Assembly: GCA_002633005.1 (NCBI GenBank)
Contig: NMRA01000862.1
Location: 1-64,000 of the forward strand
DNA length: 64,000 nt
Direction of reading: 5' to 3'
Source of the DNA: Phoronis australis
Lineage: Eukaryota > Animalia > Phoronida
The stretch's first letter is position 1; each line of letters begins with the position of its first letter. The notes beneath the pieces are model-generated. The model was not told the origin of the DNA. It was given only the letters and a program-made list of their open reading frames with translations, and searched no databases. A program made the translations under genes and the position numbers. This document shows positions 49,443-62,188 of the stretch, in pieces.

Positions 49443-49851
49443 TGATATCTTTAGGCGGAAATAAAAACTAGTTTCCTGCGGTCTACCGTGCGCAGCCCTC
49501 TTGTTACTCAATTCAATGTCGCATCGTATTTTACGCCATACAGATCTGCCAACTGACGCTGATGCCTGCCAGAACACACGTGTTTGTTCGCATTGCATCC
49601 GAGAATGGTGTGACCATGCAAAAACGACTAATTCAGGTATAAAAAGAATAACATAGATACAAAGATGAATAAAGACAGAGCAAGTTAAATTCGTTTTGCA
49701 TAATTCTGCTGACGACGTACTCTCCCTTAAGAACGATCTGTTCTTCATACAGTGCATCGGCACTATCTCTATTCGTCTTCTAATCTGTTATCATTTGATA
49801 TTTTACATTGGTGACGGCACTTAACTGTTTTTGAAATCTTGATCCTACAAG

Positions 49852-50022
49852 CTACCTTTCATTTAATTATTATTATTTATTCTATGGTATCAAATCAAGC
49901 AAGCTTTACAAAAGCGACATATCTGCAAAAAACAGAAGTAACACAGAAACAAAAAATAACACGTGCAAATGGGAGTTCGGGTACGAGTCCGAGATTTTTT
50001 AAAAACCTAACCATTTCATTTA
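49852..50022 (-). mobile_element. Short retroelement-tail-like insertion with degenerate TSD inside NIDO exon 4
   Basis: ctacctttcattta (49852-49865) and ctaaccatttcattta (~50007-50022) flank ~140 nt that starts with (tta)n, i.e. an AATAAA(TAA)n tail on the minus strand. Confidence 0.45.
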
Positions 50023-50132
50023 CATGTGCGATGGGGGTACATTGTGGCAGATACGTGTACGTGCACTCTGTTTAACTACCAGAAGCAACCGAGACATTTT
50101 ACCTGATTGGCTGAAACCAAGTATCGTTTCAG

Positions 50133-50286
50133 AAAAGACGAGTTGTTTTCTTTAACAACAAACAGTTATGTCCTCCGCCTGACGCTAGTGCATTCAACGG
50201 CACCAGTGTGACAATATGGAGATTCAACTCGTCGTCGTGCATTGAAGCGTTTCCTGTAGCTACCAGAAGACGGCGCGCGGCACCAT
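50133..50286 (+). CDS. NIDO-sushi gene exon 4 (intact 3' part; ends the NIDO domain, RRRR furin-type site)
   Basis: tcgtttcag|AAA...CCA T|gtgag; open frame KRRVVFFNNKQLCPPP...VTIWRFNSSSCIEAFPVATRRRRAAP; phase 1 matches the next exon. The true 5' boundary is uncertain. Confidence 0.6.
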
Positions 50287-51031
50287 GTGAGGCAATTGGC
50301 ATAGCTAGATAGACTATTTGTTCATGCACAACACATACATGTAGCTTGCTAGCATTTAGACACAGCTGATGGTTATTTTATCGCAGTTTTACGTTTTTCT
50401 TTATAACCTTAAACGCGTGCAATGTTTATCCATCGACCCGACACAAAGTTAATGTGAAATCAATGCTTCGGTACAGTTGTGAATTGTTCATACACGAAGT
50501 GATGAATGTACATGTACATGTATTATTTTTAGAAATAAGCCATAGTCGTCAGATGGTCACGCAAAAACAACAACAAAAAATAATACCCTATGATAATAGT
50601 AACAATAAACTGATAATCGTTACACAGCATCATAACAGAAATGCCATTAGATATAGAGAGTACACGTGTTTACATAACTGTAACATATTTTGTTGCACTT
50701 ATATATCCCCGTTACACGACAGTAGTAGTCTGGCATTGCTTTTTAAAATGAATTTCGTAAGCAATTGACTAACAGAACTAGAGGGTGACGTATCTGAATA
50801 CAAAACACGTTCAATTGTATTGTAAGGGTCAATGCAACTGTTGGAAATCAGAGGTTAACGGGATGTGAAAGGGGCAAATCGTGTTTAATACCACAAAACG
50901 TATTTTAGGATTATTCTGGGACGGGGTAGATTTCTCGAAGTTATGATCGTGGGCAATTCTCTACAACACTTAATTCATCCTGATGCATTCCTTTCTGGCA
51001 ATTAAGGAACTTAAAATTAAATTACTTTTAG

Positions 51032-51214
51032 CTCCCTGCAAGTGGCTGAAAAAGACGTTCCACCATTTGGACCCGTCTTTTGCGGATGACATCTACCAAC
51101 CCGGTCAAGTAGTTTCCATAGAATGCAGCAGTGGTTACCAACGCAATCCTTTCGAAAATAAGTACTTGAAATGCATCGATGGTAATTTTAACGCCACACA
51201 ACCTGCGTGTGAAG
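51032..51214 (+). CDS. NIDO-sushi gene exon 5: sushi/CCP domain 1
   Basis: ttttag|CT...GAA G|gtacgt, phase 1/1; PC...YQPGQVVSIECSSGY...LKCIDGNFNATQPACE. Confidence 0.85.
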
Positions 51215-51791
51215 GTACGTACGAGTAACCGTCAGTAGGAACTTCAGGTGTGTTGAGTAATAAGGGAGAACGTCAGTATTGTCCCCATGCATCGGTGCAC
51301 CAGGTAGCGGTAAACTTGGCCGTGAGAGGGAAATGGTGTATTCAAGATGAAGGCAGAGTTATACACTGAAGCATGTTTCATGGAACAGTGAGAAGAATGG
51401 GGCATGGGAACTATGGGTTTGCGTTGAGAAGACAGCGAGACTATTCCTTTTTCCATCAACAAGACGCCCCAATTAATATGCTTTGCTCGGGTTTAGGGTA
51501 CAGTTGTATAATTGCCGGGCGAAAAACAATGAAGTTGCGTACCCATCTTACCATATAGCGGATTGAAATGAGTTGAGCCTACATGTGTATAGGCACGCAA
51601 ATTTTGCCGACTTTGAGAAGGAATGTTTTGCTGTGAACGGAGAGGAGTGCTACACTGTTAACAGTTGTATGCACGCCTTGTGGTCCCGACAGGGGTTGCT
51701 CGAAATGCAAACACGTCCATGCACCACGAGGCACGGTTGGACGTGTATTAGAGTTTAAAAGAACTTGGTGAAACCAAAATTACTATTTCAG

Positions 51792-52007
51792 CCATCAAAT
51801 GTCGCGGACCGGGCAATACAGGCAGCGTTAAAGCCGACGGGGTAGATGTGACGTCTACGAAAATATTCCAGTTCGGTACCAGTGTAACGTACACGTGCTT
51901 AGGGACCAAAAAATTGTACTCCGGTAGTCTTGTATTGACATGTACCGGCCGTACCATGAGCACATTAGAATACGGCAACTGGGACGGCCCAGTTGCAGTC
52001 TGCAAAG
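51792..52007 (+). CDS. NIDO-sushi gene exon 6: sushi/CCP domain 2
   Basis: tttcag|CC...AAA G|gtgagt, phase 1/1; IKCRGPG...FQFGTSVTYTCLG...GSLVLTC...GNWDGPVAVCK, with no stops. Confidence 0.9.
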
Positions 52008-53811
52008 GTGAGTAAATGTATTCTTTGATATTATAACACTTTGTCAGGCTCTTACGTGAGATTAAAATACACTTGTGAAGCATTCGAAACAACACAACTC
52101 GCACTTGTTGGTGGAGCTAATTTTCAAATTGCAGATGCATATTGAGGCTAGTGGTAAACAGCATTTCTCGTTTAACCCTGTAAAGCAAGTGGTTGTGAAA
52201 CTTGCAATACATGCATGTTGGACGTTAAAGAATCATTAGTCATTTGAGCGCACGAGATTCGTTTTTCTTTCGCCAGACTTCACTATATATTAATCAAGTT
52301 GGTCCTTATTGAGAGTGGACGTATGTGTTAATGGATAAATAGTGCTGGGCACGAGGGGACGAATTGGGAATTTGTGACCCGATACAGGGTAAAATGCAAA
52401 CGTACGTTGGAATAGGGCTATTCGACAATCTTAATATTACTAGATGGCGCGCGTGTACTACTGGTTGTAGATTAAGCAGCCTCGATTTTGCGAGCCCTTT
52501 ATTACATGGTTAAATGGCATGCAGCCGTGCCAACTGAAACGGAGATTGCGTGAAAAGGGTGCTTCTACGAGAGGACGTAAGCATGATCTTATAAAAATGT
52601 AAGGTTTGTAATTATTTTAACGATAATCCCATGTTAACAATACTGACGCCTGGTAACTGAGGTAGTGGCCGATGTCGACTTCGAGGCAGTCGCCAGTCGC
52701 GTATATCATTGTTTGTTGTTATGTGATTTACTATACTTGACGTAGCACTCGGGATCTTGTCGTACATGAAAGCAGTATTATCAATGTTTGAAATGATTTG
52801 TAGCAAGGTTTTCAGTGACAGGTAAATGTACATGAGTCAATGCTGAATTTTTATGCTGACAACTCGATATTGGTTATTAGTGAAGTAAGATTACAATCCA
52901 AGCCTAAAGGGTTTGTGACAAATGTCCCTTCTCCTATGCCATCCGGAAATGACATGGAAATATATCATGTATGTTTGCACCTGACTTTTGATTTTTAGTT
53001 TTGAGGGCTAGTACGGTGCAGGGGAGATATGCATCGCTTCTGCAACCGTCCCTGAGTGGACAAAAATTTGTTTTAAGCAATTGACAGCAGCTAACCAGCA
53101 AGATCTTCCTGTCCAGTGCAGATATGTTGTCAAAGCCTACTTTCTATATCGGAGATAAAGAACAAAGCCTTTGAAAAGGGACAGCTATTTTTAAACAAAG
53201 ATACGTAAGTTGCTTTGTTAATTTACTTATTCAGGTCCTTAGCGGAGGTTGCCATAGGGGTTTGGTTTTGTAAAATTTGGTGCAATTGAATGTGTGGAAA
53301 TAACAGTTAATAATGTCTAGGGGAAAGAGCACGGTGAGGTAATTCTTAACCTTCAAGAGGTTCTTTCACGTTTCATGAAATTGTTTTGTTATCTATTATA
53401 AACCCATAAAAATATTACATATTCTAAATTCTCAATGACTGTGCAGTCTTAAATCGTGCCTTGAAATGTTACAATTCGTTTATAAATTCATGACTGTCAT
53501 TTTTCACGAAAATTGCGTACGAATGATTTCATAGTTGAGCATATTATTCTTACTGCTATTACGCAAACAATGGTGCCTGGGATTTTTAATTACTCTTAAA
53601 CAACAGAAAGATTATCCATCATTTTTAAATGACCCAAATATTCACATCTTCTATTAGATGAAAAATGAAAAAATCTGAGAAACGGTTCCCTCAGCCATAA
53701 GTGTGCTTGACACACCAATAAATCTGTAATCGGTGTTTCAAATTGCTGAATGTATCAGAAATCAAAAGGCTTGATAATGGGTAACAGAGGCTTGACGTTG
53801 TCTCAAATAAC

Positions 53812-53819
<8 letters not shown>

Positions 53820-53854
<35 letters not shown>
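53820..53854. repeat. (TG)n microsatellite
   Basis: Pure TG run. Confidence 0.95.
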
Positions 53855-53856
<2 letters not shown>

Positions 53857-54087
53857 TTTGCAGACGAGTGATGCGTTTAAAGAATTGTTATGGCTAGGAA
53901 TGAAAAATAAAGACCCAGTTTTCTACAATACGTAGCGTATACATCCTAGCTTTCTAAAAATAGAAGCAATTTGATTTTGCGAGGAATTAGAGAGCAGTTA
54001 CCATATTTTTTTGAAAAACAGGGGCAACATTTTTACCCAACCTGGAGTACTTACGGTAATTATTCATGTTTCAATATTTGTTCCAGG

Positions 54088-54592
54088 TACAGTGATATTT
54101 TAAGGCCACTTTAAGCTGCAACAGAGACAAGCTTTGTTACTCCTTTCGCTTCCCACAGCCTATCAACTCACCACCAGTGCTGCATGACACAATGTACAAG
54201 CCAGTGGCCCTGGAGAAATGAGAATCGCAGTACAAAGTTACAATAAGAAAATGTGGCAGTGGATTGCTTGTGTGTGAAGAGGAACTATATCTGACTGCTA
54301 CATCAGTCAGCCTCGTTGGTGAGGAACCCCTTTCATAGGAAATGAGTCGTGTGGACAACAATGGCTTATTTGCTTTGGTGGAAGAAACATAAGGACTGGA
54401 GCTAAAGAAGTCCCATTAACACTCTGATCTAGTTTAGGGTCAGATTTGGACACAAATCGAGTCAAGTAATATGCTTTTGTGTTTACATTCAAGGATCTAA
54501 GTGTGGATGTTATTGATGCTAATGAAGTCATGTTAAGGAAAGCCATGGGCCGAAACTGGACCTTTTTTCCAAGAGCCTCTACGGGCCAATGA
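54088..54592 (+). pseudogene. Degenerate YqaJ-like (lambda-exonuclease family) domain, transposon accessory-gene relic
   Basis: HDTMYKPVALEK*ESQYKVTIRKCGSGLLVCEEELYLTATSVSLVGE, LKKSH*HSDLV*GQI, FVFTFKDLSVDVI and PKLDLF correspond to YqaJ motifs G...E..A...Y, CGL.V....P.LAASPDG, LK..H.YY.QVQGQ and PKL..FY. Confidence 0.7.
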
Positions 54593-56244
54593 AACTAGAT
54601 CCCAGTGAAATGAAAGCCGAAAGCATCTGGTATCAATACCTGTCCTTTCTCACTGAGTGATATCAACTTTTCCTTTCTGATAAAAGGCTTTATACTAATG
54701 GTTAAACATTTTCAATTTGGTATACATTATGTGGAAAGGACATTCAGTGACTGCATCAAATGTATTATTGTCAGCAAAAAAGTCCGTTAATGCTACACTT
54801 TGATGATCGAATAAATTTTTCATCAACAGGCAAGTGTGTCACTAATTATTCAAACCACAATATTTCTTCAGTTTTAAAGCCCCATACAGTGAAGTTGTGT
54901 TGCTTCGTTATAAATCTGAAATGATTACCAATTACGCTTGCGAATTGTTATGATCCTGTTGACCTATAGAAATGTCCGGCGATCAAAACGAACTATTCCG
55001 TTTGTTTTTCATTTGATTTGTTTATGTGTGTAACTATTTTTAGAGCTTTTTGAATAAGGCCTTTGAACAGTTTTAAGTTGTGTTCACTTGTCAACATGCA
55101 AGCAAAGCATGTTTTCAATCGTATCTGGCTGTATAAGAATCTGCTATGCACAAGATTCGAGAATAAACAATAAGCAGTGTATTTAAAAACAAAATGGCAA
55201 ACTGAACAACCACATATATACAACGGAACAACATTGTTAAATAGAATTGCAATTTTCCCAGTGAAAGAGAGTCCATAATCAGGGATGTCAAGGGCTGACT
55301 TTTTGATATGACAGATTTAAGTCTCTCAGGTTACTGCAGAAGGACTGATTTTTACTTCGTTGAAAGGTAAAATAGACGGTAAGGCTGCTGGTTTCAGTCG
55401 TTTTCTCTCCCCTGTAACAGAATAATCAGATAAATTCACTGTATTAGCAAATTATAAAAGAAAACACAAGACAAAACAATTTTTGTAAGGCAGACCATAC
55501 TTGGCATTTCATCTTCATGTTCATATGTAGAAACTAATAGTGAACACAAGTCTTACTTAGGATCTGAATTAAAATATGTGAAACAGGATAAAAGTGATTT
55601 AAGAATGTGTATTTTTTGACACCTACAATGTTTTTTTTTTTTTGATCTCAACAAATAAAATTCATTCTTGGTGTCAATTCCAATGCAATGTTACGAATTT
55701 ACTGAATAGCTCATTCATGCCAACTCGATGACTAATCTGATATTCCTGGGGGTGGGGGTCCGCTATAAAATAAGAAAACTAATCTAGAGAATTTCATTGG
55801 ACAGAACATAGTTTTGAAGAGTAACTGCTGTGAAAAAGTCCTCCTTGACTTCTGAGCGGCACACCCACCCAGGACATTATGAGCTGCTACCCAGTTCTGT
55901 TTACATGTTGACAGTGACACGTGCTCTTTCCAATTACCACTAGTGCAGCAGCGACACCACTGGAGAATTTGTCGAATTTCCCATTGGCCACGTCCAAACA
56001 ACACATTCCCGGAACTTTTGAAAACTGTAGCTTGATTCTTTCTGCTGGTACATTATGTCTTGACTTCCCTGTTAGCAATCCAATTTGTTAGCTGCAACGA
56101 TGTCACCTCGTACAGTACGTTACGTCATCGAAACTCGATATCATTTCATGCTTGTCTTTATCCCCCACCCCCACTCCCCAATTCGATAGTAAAGAATGCG
56201 TACGTGAATGTTAGATTCTTAGATTAAATATTCTTAAATTTCAG

Positions 56245-56445
56245 AAACTTGCACAGTGCCACAGGAAACAGCAAAAATGCGATTCTCTTTCCAAGATGAT
56301 ACACCGTTATCGAGCATGGTATTTCTAAACCAAACAATTTTCGGCTTTTGCAAACCCGGATACAAGGGTTTGATGAGAGCCACGTGCGCGGACAGTCAAG
56401 GCAACTTTATCCTCACGCCCAGGTTTCATGACAGTGTTTGTAGAG
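56245..56445 (+). CDS. NIDO-sushi gene exon 7: divergent sushi/CCP domain 3
   Basis: tttcag|AA...AGA G|gtagga, phase 1/1; TCTVP...NQTIFGFCKPGY...RATCADSQGNF......VCR (four Cys). Confidence 0.7.
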
Positions 56446-57131
56446 GTAGGAGAAGAATAAGCTACATGTAGTTTGCACATTGGTTGAACGTTAGTGTCAT
56501 TGAAATGTGCTCATCAGAGTCTGCCTATTTCTTCGTTTTCTTTTTCTTTTGACGACTAAGTATCAGTCCACGGATCCACCGACCACAGTATAGTCACCAA
56601 GCGCCAAGTTGGGGGTCAGCCATTCAGAACCATGTTTAGTCTAATAAATCACAATCGGCATGAGAGAAATTGGGTGAAGTATAACATCACAAAGATTAGT
56701 GGTTAAGGAGATACAACGGTAGTCTACTGGGGGGGGGGCAAAATGAGTCAATTTCTTGATGCGGAATGAGTCATTCTTGACTACATTTCTATTGCAGTTT
56801 CTGCTTCAAACAGAATCTTTTCTGAATAATTTTGATATCATAAGATAGTACAGGACCAATGTAAGCAAAAACGGCACCGACACTAAAACATCGTTTACCA
56901 TGGTAACGCTGGAACTGTTTCCGTGGAGGTACATTTCATGTTAGTGAATAATCAGCAGTAAGTTATACCCTTATAGCGAAGTTGCCCCCACGAGAAAACC
57001 CAAAATATTAACATGGGCATGTGGTAAAATAAAAAATCTTTGTCGGCCCTTCATGCAGGATCGGTAATAGGCGTCTGAATTTCACTATATGTACATGTAC
57101 TTTCAGACTGCACATTTGTGTATTTGTCGTG

Positions 57132-57500
57132 TTAAAGGAAAAGTCACCCTCTTTAATTAGTCTTTTTTACCGTCTTAATCGGTCTATATCCACATCACCT
57201 CGTATACTGTCGATCTTACCTCGCCGAGAGGTGTCGCGTTAACCTGTGAGGAAGATGAGAACCGACGCAGCGACATCAGTGGTTCTTCTGCAGAGTGAGT
57301 ACCGCTGTGGTGATCTGTATCGTTCCCGCTTACACGAAATATGAAGCTGCGAGGAAAGCAGGTATATCGTTTTTTCGATTTCCTCGAGAGCCCATAATGC
57401 TTCGGAAGTGGCTCGCGGTAGTGAAAAATGAAAAGTACGCCGTTAATACCGAGTATGAGGCCATGAAACTTCTCCGTGTCTGTTAGTGGCCTGCATTTTG
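57132..57500 (+). mobile_element. THAP-domain DNA transposon 5' relic (Kolobok-like)
   Basis: ttaa|AGGAAAAG terminus followed by CIVP...ISFFRFPREP..LRKWLAVVK...RVC and a frameshifted LHF (THAP signature). Confidence 0.6.
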
Positions 57501-57868
57501 TCTCATCGGTTGTTGATCAGTTTTTGATCATGGAGAATTGTAGTTGGCCATGAAAACATAGACATTTACAATTAATTCAAGGCGTGAGAGCATACCGTTT
57601 TATACATGTATAACCTGTTTGATGATTGAGTCGTTCGTGAGGTGTCTGTTTGTTCCTCATCTGGGTGTAGGATGGTTTTGCCGTGGTATAATACAACAAT
57701 TAACAGAATTAGTTTGCTTAACTGTTTTTAATTGATTTTAAGAACACAAGCAGCTCCCTCTAAAATATAAAATCATACTAGATTTGTTCATCCAACTCAT
57801 TGAATACCAAACTAAAGCATACACATGTACAATATGCGTTAGTTGAATGATGGCTGATCTAAAGTGCA

Positions 57869-58011
57869 GGCGTGCGTTCAGTAACGCTAGGACCTACACT
57901 AGGACCTAGCTCAAAAGTCACCTGTTCTCATTTGAAATGCACGACAATGTCTCACGTGATCTCGCGAAATCTTATCTTTTAGCGAGGTCCTACCGTTACT
58001 GAATAATAGCC
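57869..58011. mobile_element. MITE (PIF/Harbinger-like family, copy 3)
   Basis: gcgtgcgttcagtaacgctaggacc / ggtcctaccgttactgaa; cag on both flanks (3-bp TSD). Confidence 0.75.
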
Positions 58012-59745
58012 AGGTTTGCGAATTTATCTATTTAACTGGCACTGCCAGATGCGTCAAATATGGTATTTTTGCAAATTGCCAAGAAAAACAGCTTTGAAAT
58101 CTCTTGGGAAATACACAAGGAACTTAGCGATACATTTGAGAACCTTAAAAGTGAGAAGAGGTCATATGAAAGATGTGGAACCTGTCCTCTCAAGAAGACA
58201 CTAAGTACATTCACTGCACACTAGAGGGGAAATACGACAGAAGTCTGAACAATGACCAAAGACGTAAAACCAAAGTTCAACGTCCTTCTTCGTGTGAGCG
58301 CAGGTAGGAATCAACAGACTCCAGGGTCTGTCCATGAGGAATAGTTTTAGGTGTAAGTCATTCGTGCATACTTTTGTTGGCACACCGTGATTGCTTATAA
58401 CTTGGGCCTCATTGCTTAATCATATCTTATTTCAAGTGTCTTGAAGTATATTTAGTGTATACACATTGTTACACAACGATAAAATGACTGTAGAGGGGAA
58501 CAACTGCTCAAAATACCCATGTTAGCAATATCCTGTCTGTGAAAAATGATGTTTAGTTAAGTTCATGAGTTTTGTTACGCGGGTAGGACTGCAACAGGTA
58601 CCCGAAATAACAGAAAGGTTGTGGTCCTTGAATCTTTCTCTTTGCTTCCATTAACGAGAAGCAACATTTAATGGCCAATATGTTTATTAGACTGAAATTA
58701 TGTTCCATTGACATAGAAAATAACCACCAAATGTGGTTAAACATTTTACACGACTTCTGCCCATGACCTACGCTTAGAGACTAGAGAGTATGTTATGTCC
58801 GCTATTGAATTTATGCGATTGAATATGAAATTAATCAAACATGCCAAAGCCGTCAAAAATATTGTGTATTTTCAAAAAGTACATTGATATTAAGTTGTGA
58901 TTTTACAACTAGTGAAGTTTAACAAGGTGGTTAGGCTAAAAATGGAATGGAACTCAAAAAATGGAAGTGATGCATGCCTAATATGAAGTTCACAGTTTTG
59001 CCCTACCACTCATCTCTGAAGAAGACGACAACCGCACATCAAAATGCACCCTCCCAAAATTGGAACAAAAAAGACAGAAAATTCTAATATGTCTCCAAAT
59101 TGGCCCGTTGACTTGAGGACCTGCGGGTCAATTGATCTGATATCCACGTAAAAAATTCCGGTATTGTTTCATGCATGCTGAATTTGCAGTAGAGCTCAAA
59201 ATTCCTGTTTACCTCATATGATTGCCAAGAAGCGGTGTATTTATGAATGAATTTTAGGGTCAACTAACAAAAATAATCATTGAGTGTTGTGAGGGTTCCA
59301 CAATATTTGTCTAGGATCTTGAACCTAGGGTTTCCATGCCATACTTGTGCATGAAAGACAGTGTATGCCGTGTATACAATGGATTACAAAAACACAATTG
59401 CACAAGTCAGATGTTTGTTTGGAAATCTGTTTTGTTGAAATGGTTAACTTTTTTGTGCTCATGGTGAAAGTGGGCTAATGTGAAGTGCAGAATGGTATTG
59501 CTCAACTACTGGGGTCATGTCAGTTGCCATCTACAGTTCTGTGTTATTTAAGGTTACACAAAACCAGAATGGCAGTGAACTAGGGTGGGGAGATCTTGTA
59601 CGGTTGTAAGGGGGATTTTAGTTGGTCTTGCTACATGTAGAAATTGTTTAGCAAATCCATAGTATACAGTGGTTGCTACTCAAGCACGCTAGAGTAACCA
59701 CCTCTGTTAAGACCCTGTTGTTTTCATTTGGGTTGATTCCTGTAG

Positions 59746-60920
59746 CCTATGACTGTGAACATGCAGCAAACGCTATTTCCAATACACCTGATTGAATGTA
59801 ACTATGAATATTCAGAGATAAACAGAAGGTGCCAGACAAAACAGGCAGACTTAATGAAATCTCAGAGTGGGTTAAAAGAAAGCGAGTTGGATTTGGAACC
59901 CATGGATACTACAGTAACAGTAAGTACTTGTAAAAACCTGTAACAAATTCCGTAATTGCATAAAATCGGTCAATTGTTTAATGTTATGATGTTATGAAGA
60001 GAAACATAATGCACAACGACATGCATTTCATAATGACGCCGACACATAGGTAGCGGGGATAATTTAAATCGGTCTCAATATTTTCTTCATGTAGTGTGTC
60101 GTACTTGTTCTGTTTTATACCTTTGTCCTACTGTCAGGTACATAGAAATTCATTTTGTAAATTTATAATCAAATCTGAATGACTTATTTGTGATGCCTTC
60201 ACTTTAGATTGGTATTCATATTTTCTTAGCCAAAATGGTCACATTAAAATTAATGTTTTATTTTTTCATTAACACAATTTTAGGAATCAGGAAAGGCTTA
60301 TGCTGAAGAAGTGGCTTCAGCTGAAGTTGAAGACTTGCCGATTACTAGTAAAGGTTGGGTATGACAAAGTTCAAAACTAGCAAGAAGGCACCCTGAACCG
60401 TTGAAAAAACTCATCCTGGACAACTAATTGATTGAGCTAGAGAGAAGCCGAAAAGTCTACTCCCAGAAGATGTGTCAAAGAGAATTTGTAACTTGAGTCG
60501 GGGAAAAAGTATTTGCCAAAGATTACTGGCTTATACCACAACAGGTCCAAAGCAATTTGTTGAGATAGGATACTCCCAGTAAATGTGGAAAACTGTGTCA
60601 GTTGGATGTAGGTGATGTCACAAAGGAAAAGGAGTAGGCATTGGAAATAGACAATCTGCGCTTTAAGAGTGTCAATGATGTACATGTAGCATTGGATAAA
60701 TTCAAAGGGAGGAGGACAGTGACTGGACCTGTAAATACTCTGGCGGATCTGCTAAATCCAGTGGCATCATTATTATATCAGCACAGTTGTGTAGAGAAGT
60801 AGGCTTGCGTGTTGTTGCAACCTTTGTTTGCATCAGAACTGCTGAGCAAACAGCACAAATCTAAGTTTACTTGGATTGAATTTTTGTCTAGCCACCGATC
60901 ATGCTCCTGTGGATTAAGTT
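59746..60920 (+). pseudogene. Degenerate DNA-transposase C-terminal region (Sola3-like), with an apparent intron
   Basis: Ordered motifs DLMK.LRVG; after gtaagt...ttag, KAYAEEV; KGWV*..KLARR; GEKVFAKDYWLIPQQVQS; QLCREVGL; KFTWIEFL...SCSC. These resemble GWALK..RF / G...F...E.LT..QI.SFFSR / terminal CxC. Confidence 0.5.
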
Positions 60921-62188
60921 GGTACAGCCACATGGCAATGGTACATAGTTCTTCCTGTTTAGCCACTAGATTTTTGATCTGACAGAATTTCTCTGTGTGG
61001 CCATTACATTTAGACGGGTTTTTTCGTGATTCATGACTGTATTGTTTATTTTCCATGAAATTGATTTGAATTTATATTTCCGCAATTTACTTATCATTAT
61101 GGATTTTTGTTTGTAAATTAGTATTTATTACTGACATTTGAACCCCAGTTTGGGTGGTTTTGTTCATGTGTCTTTCTGCCTGCGTTGTAAATACACATTC
61201 CGTCAAGGATGTAAAGTTTTGATTTAGACAATTTACCTGTATAATCTTTTCTCAATTTCGTCCTTATCCAGATTGGAATTGCAGCAAATTGACAGTTTGC
61301 TATTCCTCGAGATCATGTTGAGTGTATAAAGTCACACACTGTTAGACAAGCCATCTTATAGAGCCTGGTCTCTAGCAAATGCACATTGCCAGTTCTTTTC
61401 GAAATTCTGAAATTACTCAAAAGTGACCAGGAAATACTACCTGTTTCATGATAAATTGTCTAAGTCAAAAGTTGTTTTATGTAATTGAAGACGGACTTGG
61501 AATGATTTTTGTTGCAGTACTGAAAAGTGTCGGTGGATTTTTGAATTGACCATTTTATGCTTCCTATGAGTAGTTTCGTAACCAGTCTAGTATGTATATA
61601 CATCTGTAATCGCACGGCAATTGTAATGCAAACCATGTTGCAAAAGTATTTTTCCATGACCATTTCATTGCAAAAATGCCGTTCAGTTGGAACCGACCAG
61701 CCTATTTTTCATTTTGTGGTGGGTGGTTATTTGTTGATCAGAACATTGATGTGTTACATAATTCTCCGTACAAACAGCCACCTCAAATATGTGAAGAAGA
61801 AATTTACAGTGTTGTCAGTGACATTGCGAAATCCGTTTTTGCAGTAAAACTAAATCACTTTGTTGTTCCCTGACTTTATGGGTTTTGTGTGGTTGACTCT
61901 GTCCTGTAGGATTTGGAGTGTTGAAAAGGTCTAGAAGTCATAACATTTGCACTTTTGACTATACAGTCATTTTTGTATTGTATTATTAAAACATATTTTG
62001 TAGTATACAAGTCTCTGGTTGGTGTTTAATATTTTTTCACAAGGAATATTTTCAACTTAGATGAGTTGTCTGTGAGGTAGACAACTTTAAAATGAGATAA
62101 GGAATAAGACTGTCAAATATTATTTTATTTTTAGGTCAGTGAGTGATTACCTTTGAAAAATTAATGCAGAATTTGAGAATAAATCAAT

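Noticed and set aside
54137-54361. Minus-strand ORF with sushi-like VTLYC..F..C pattern
   Set aside because: The opposite strand carries an ordered series of YqaJ motifs, and there is no supporting exon structure on the minus strand.
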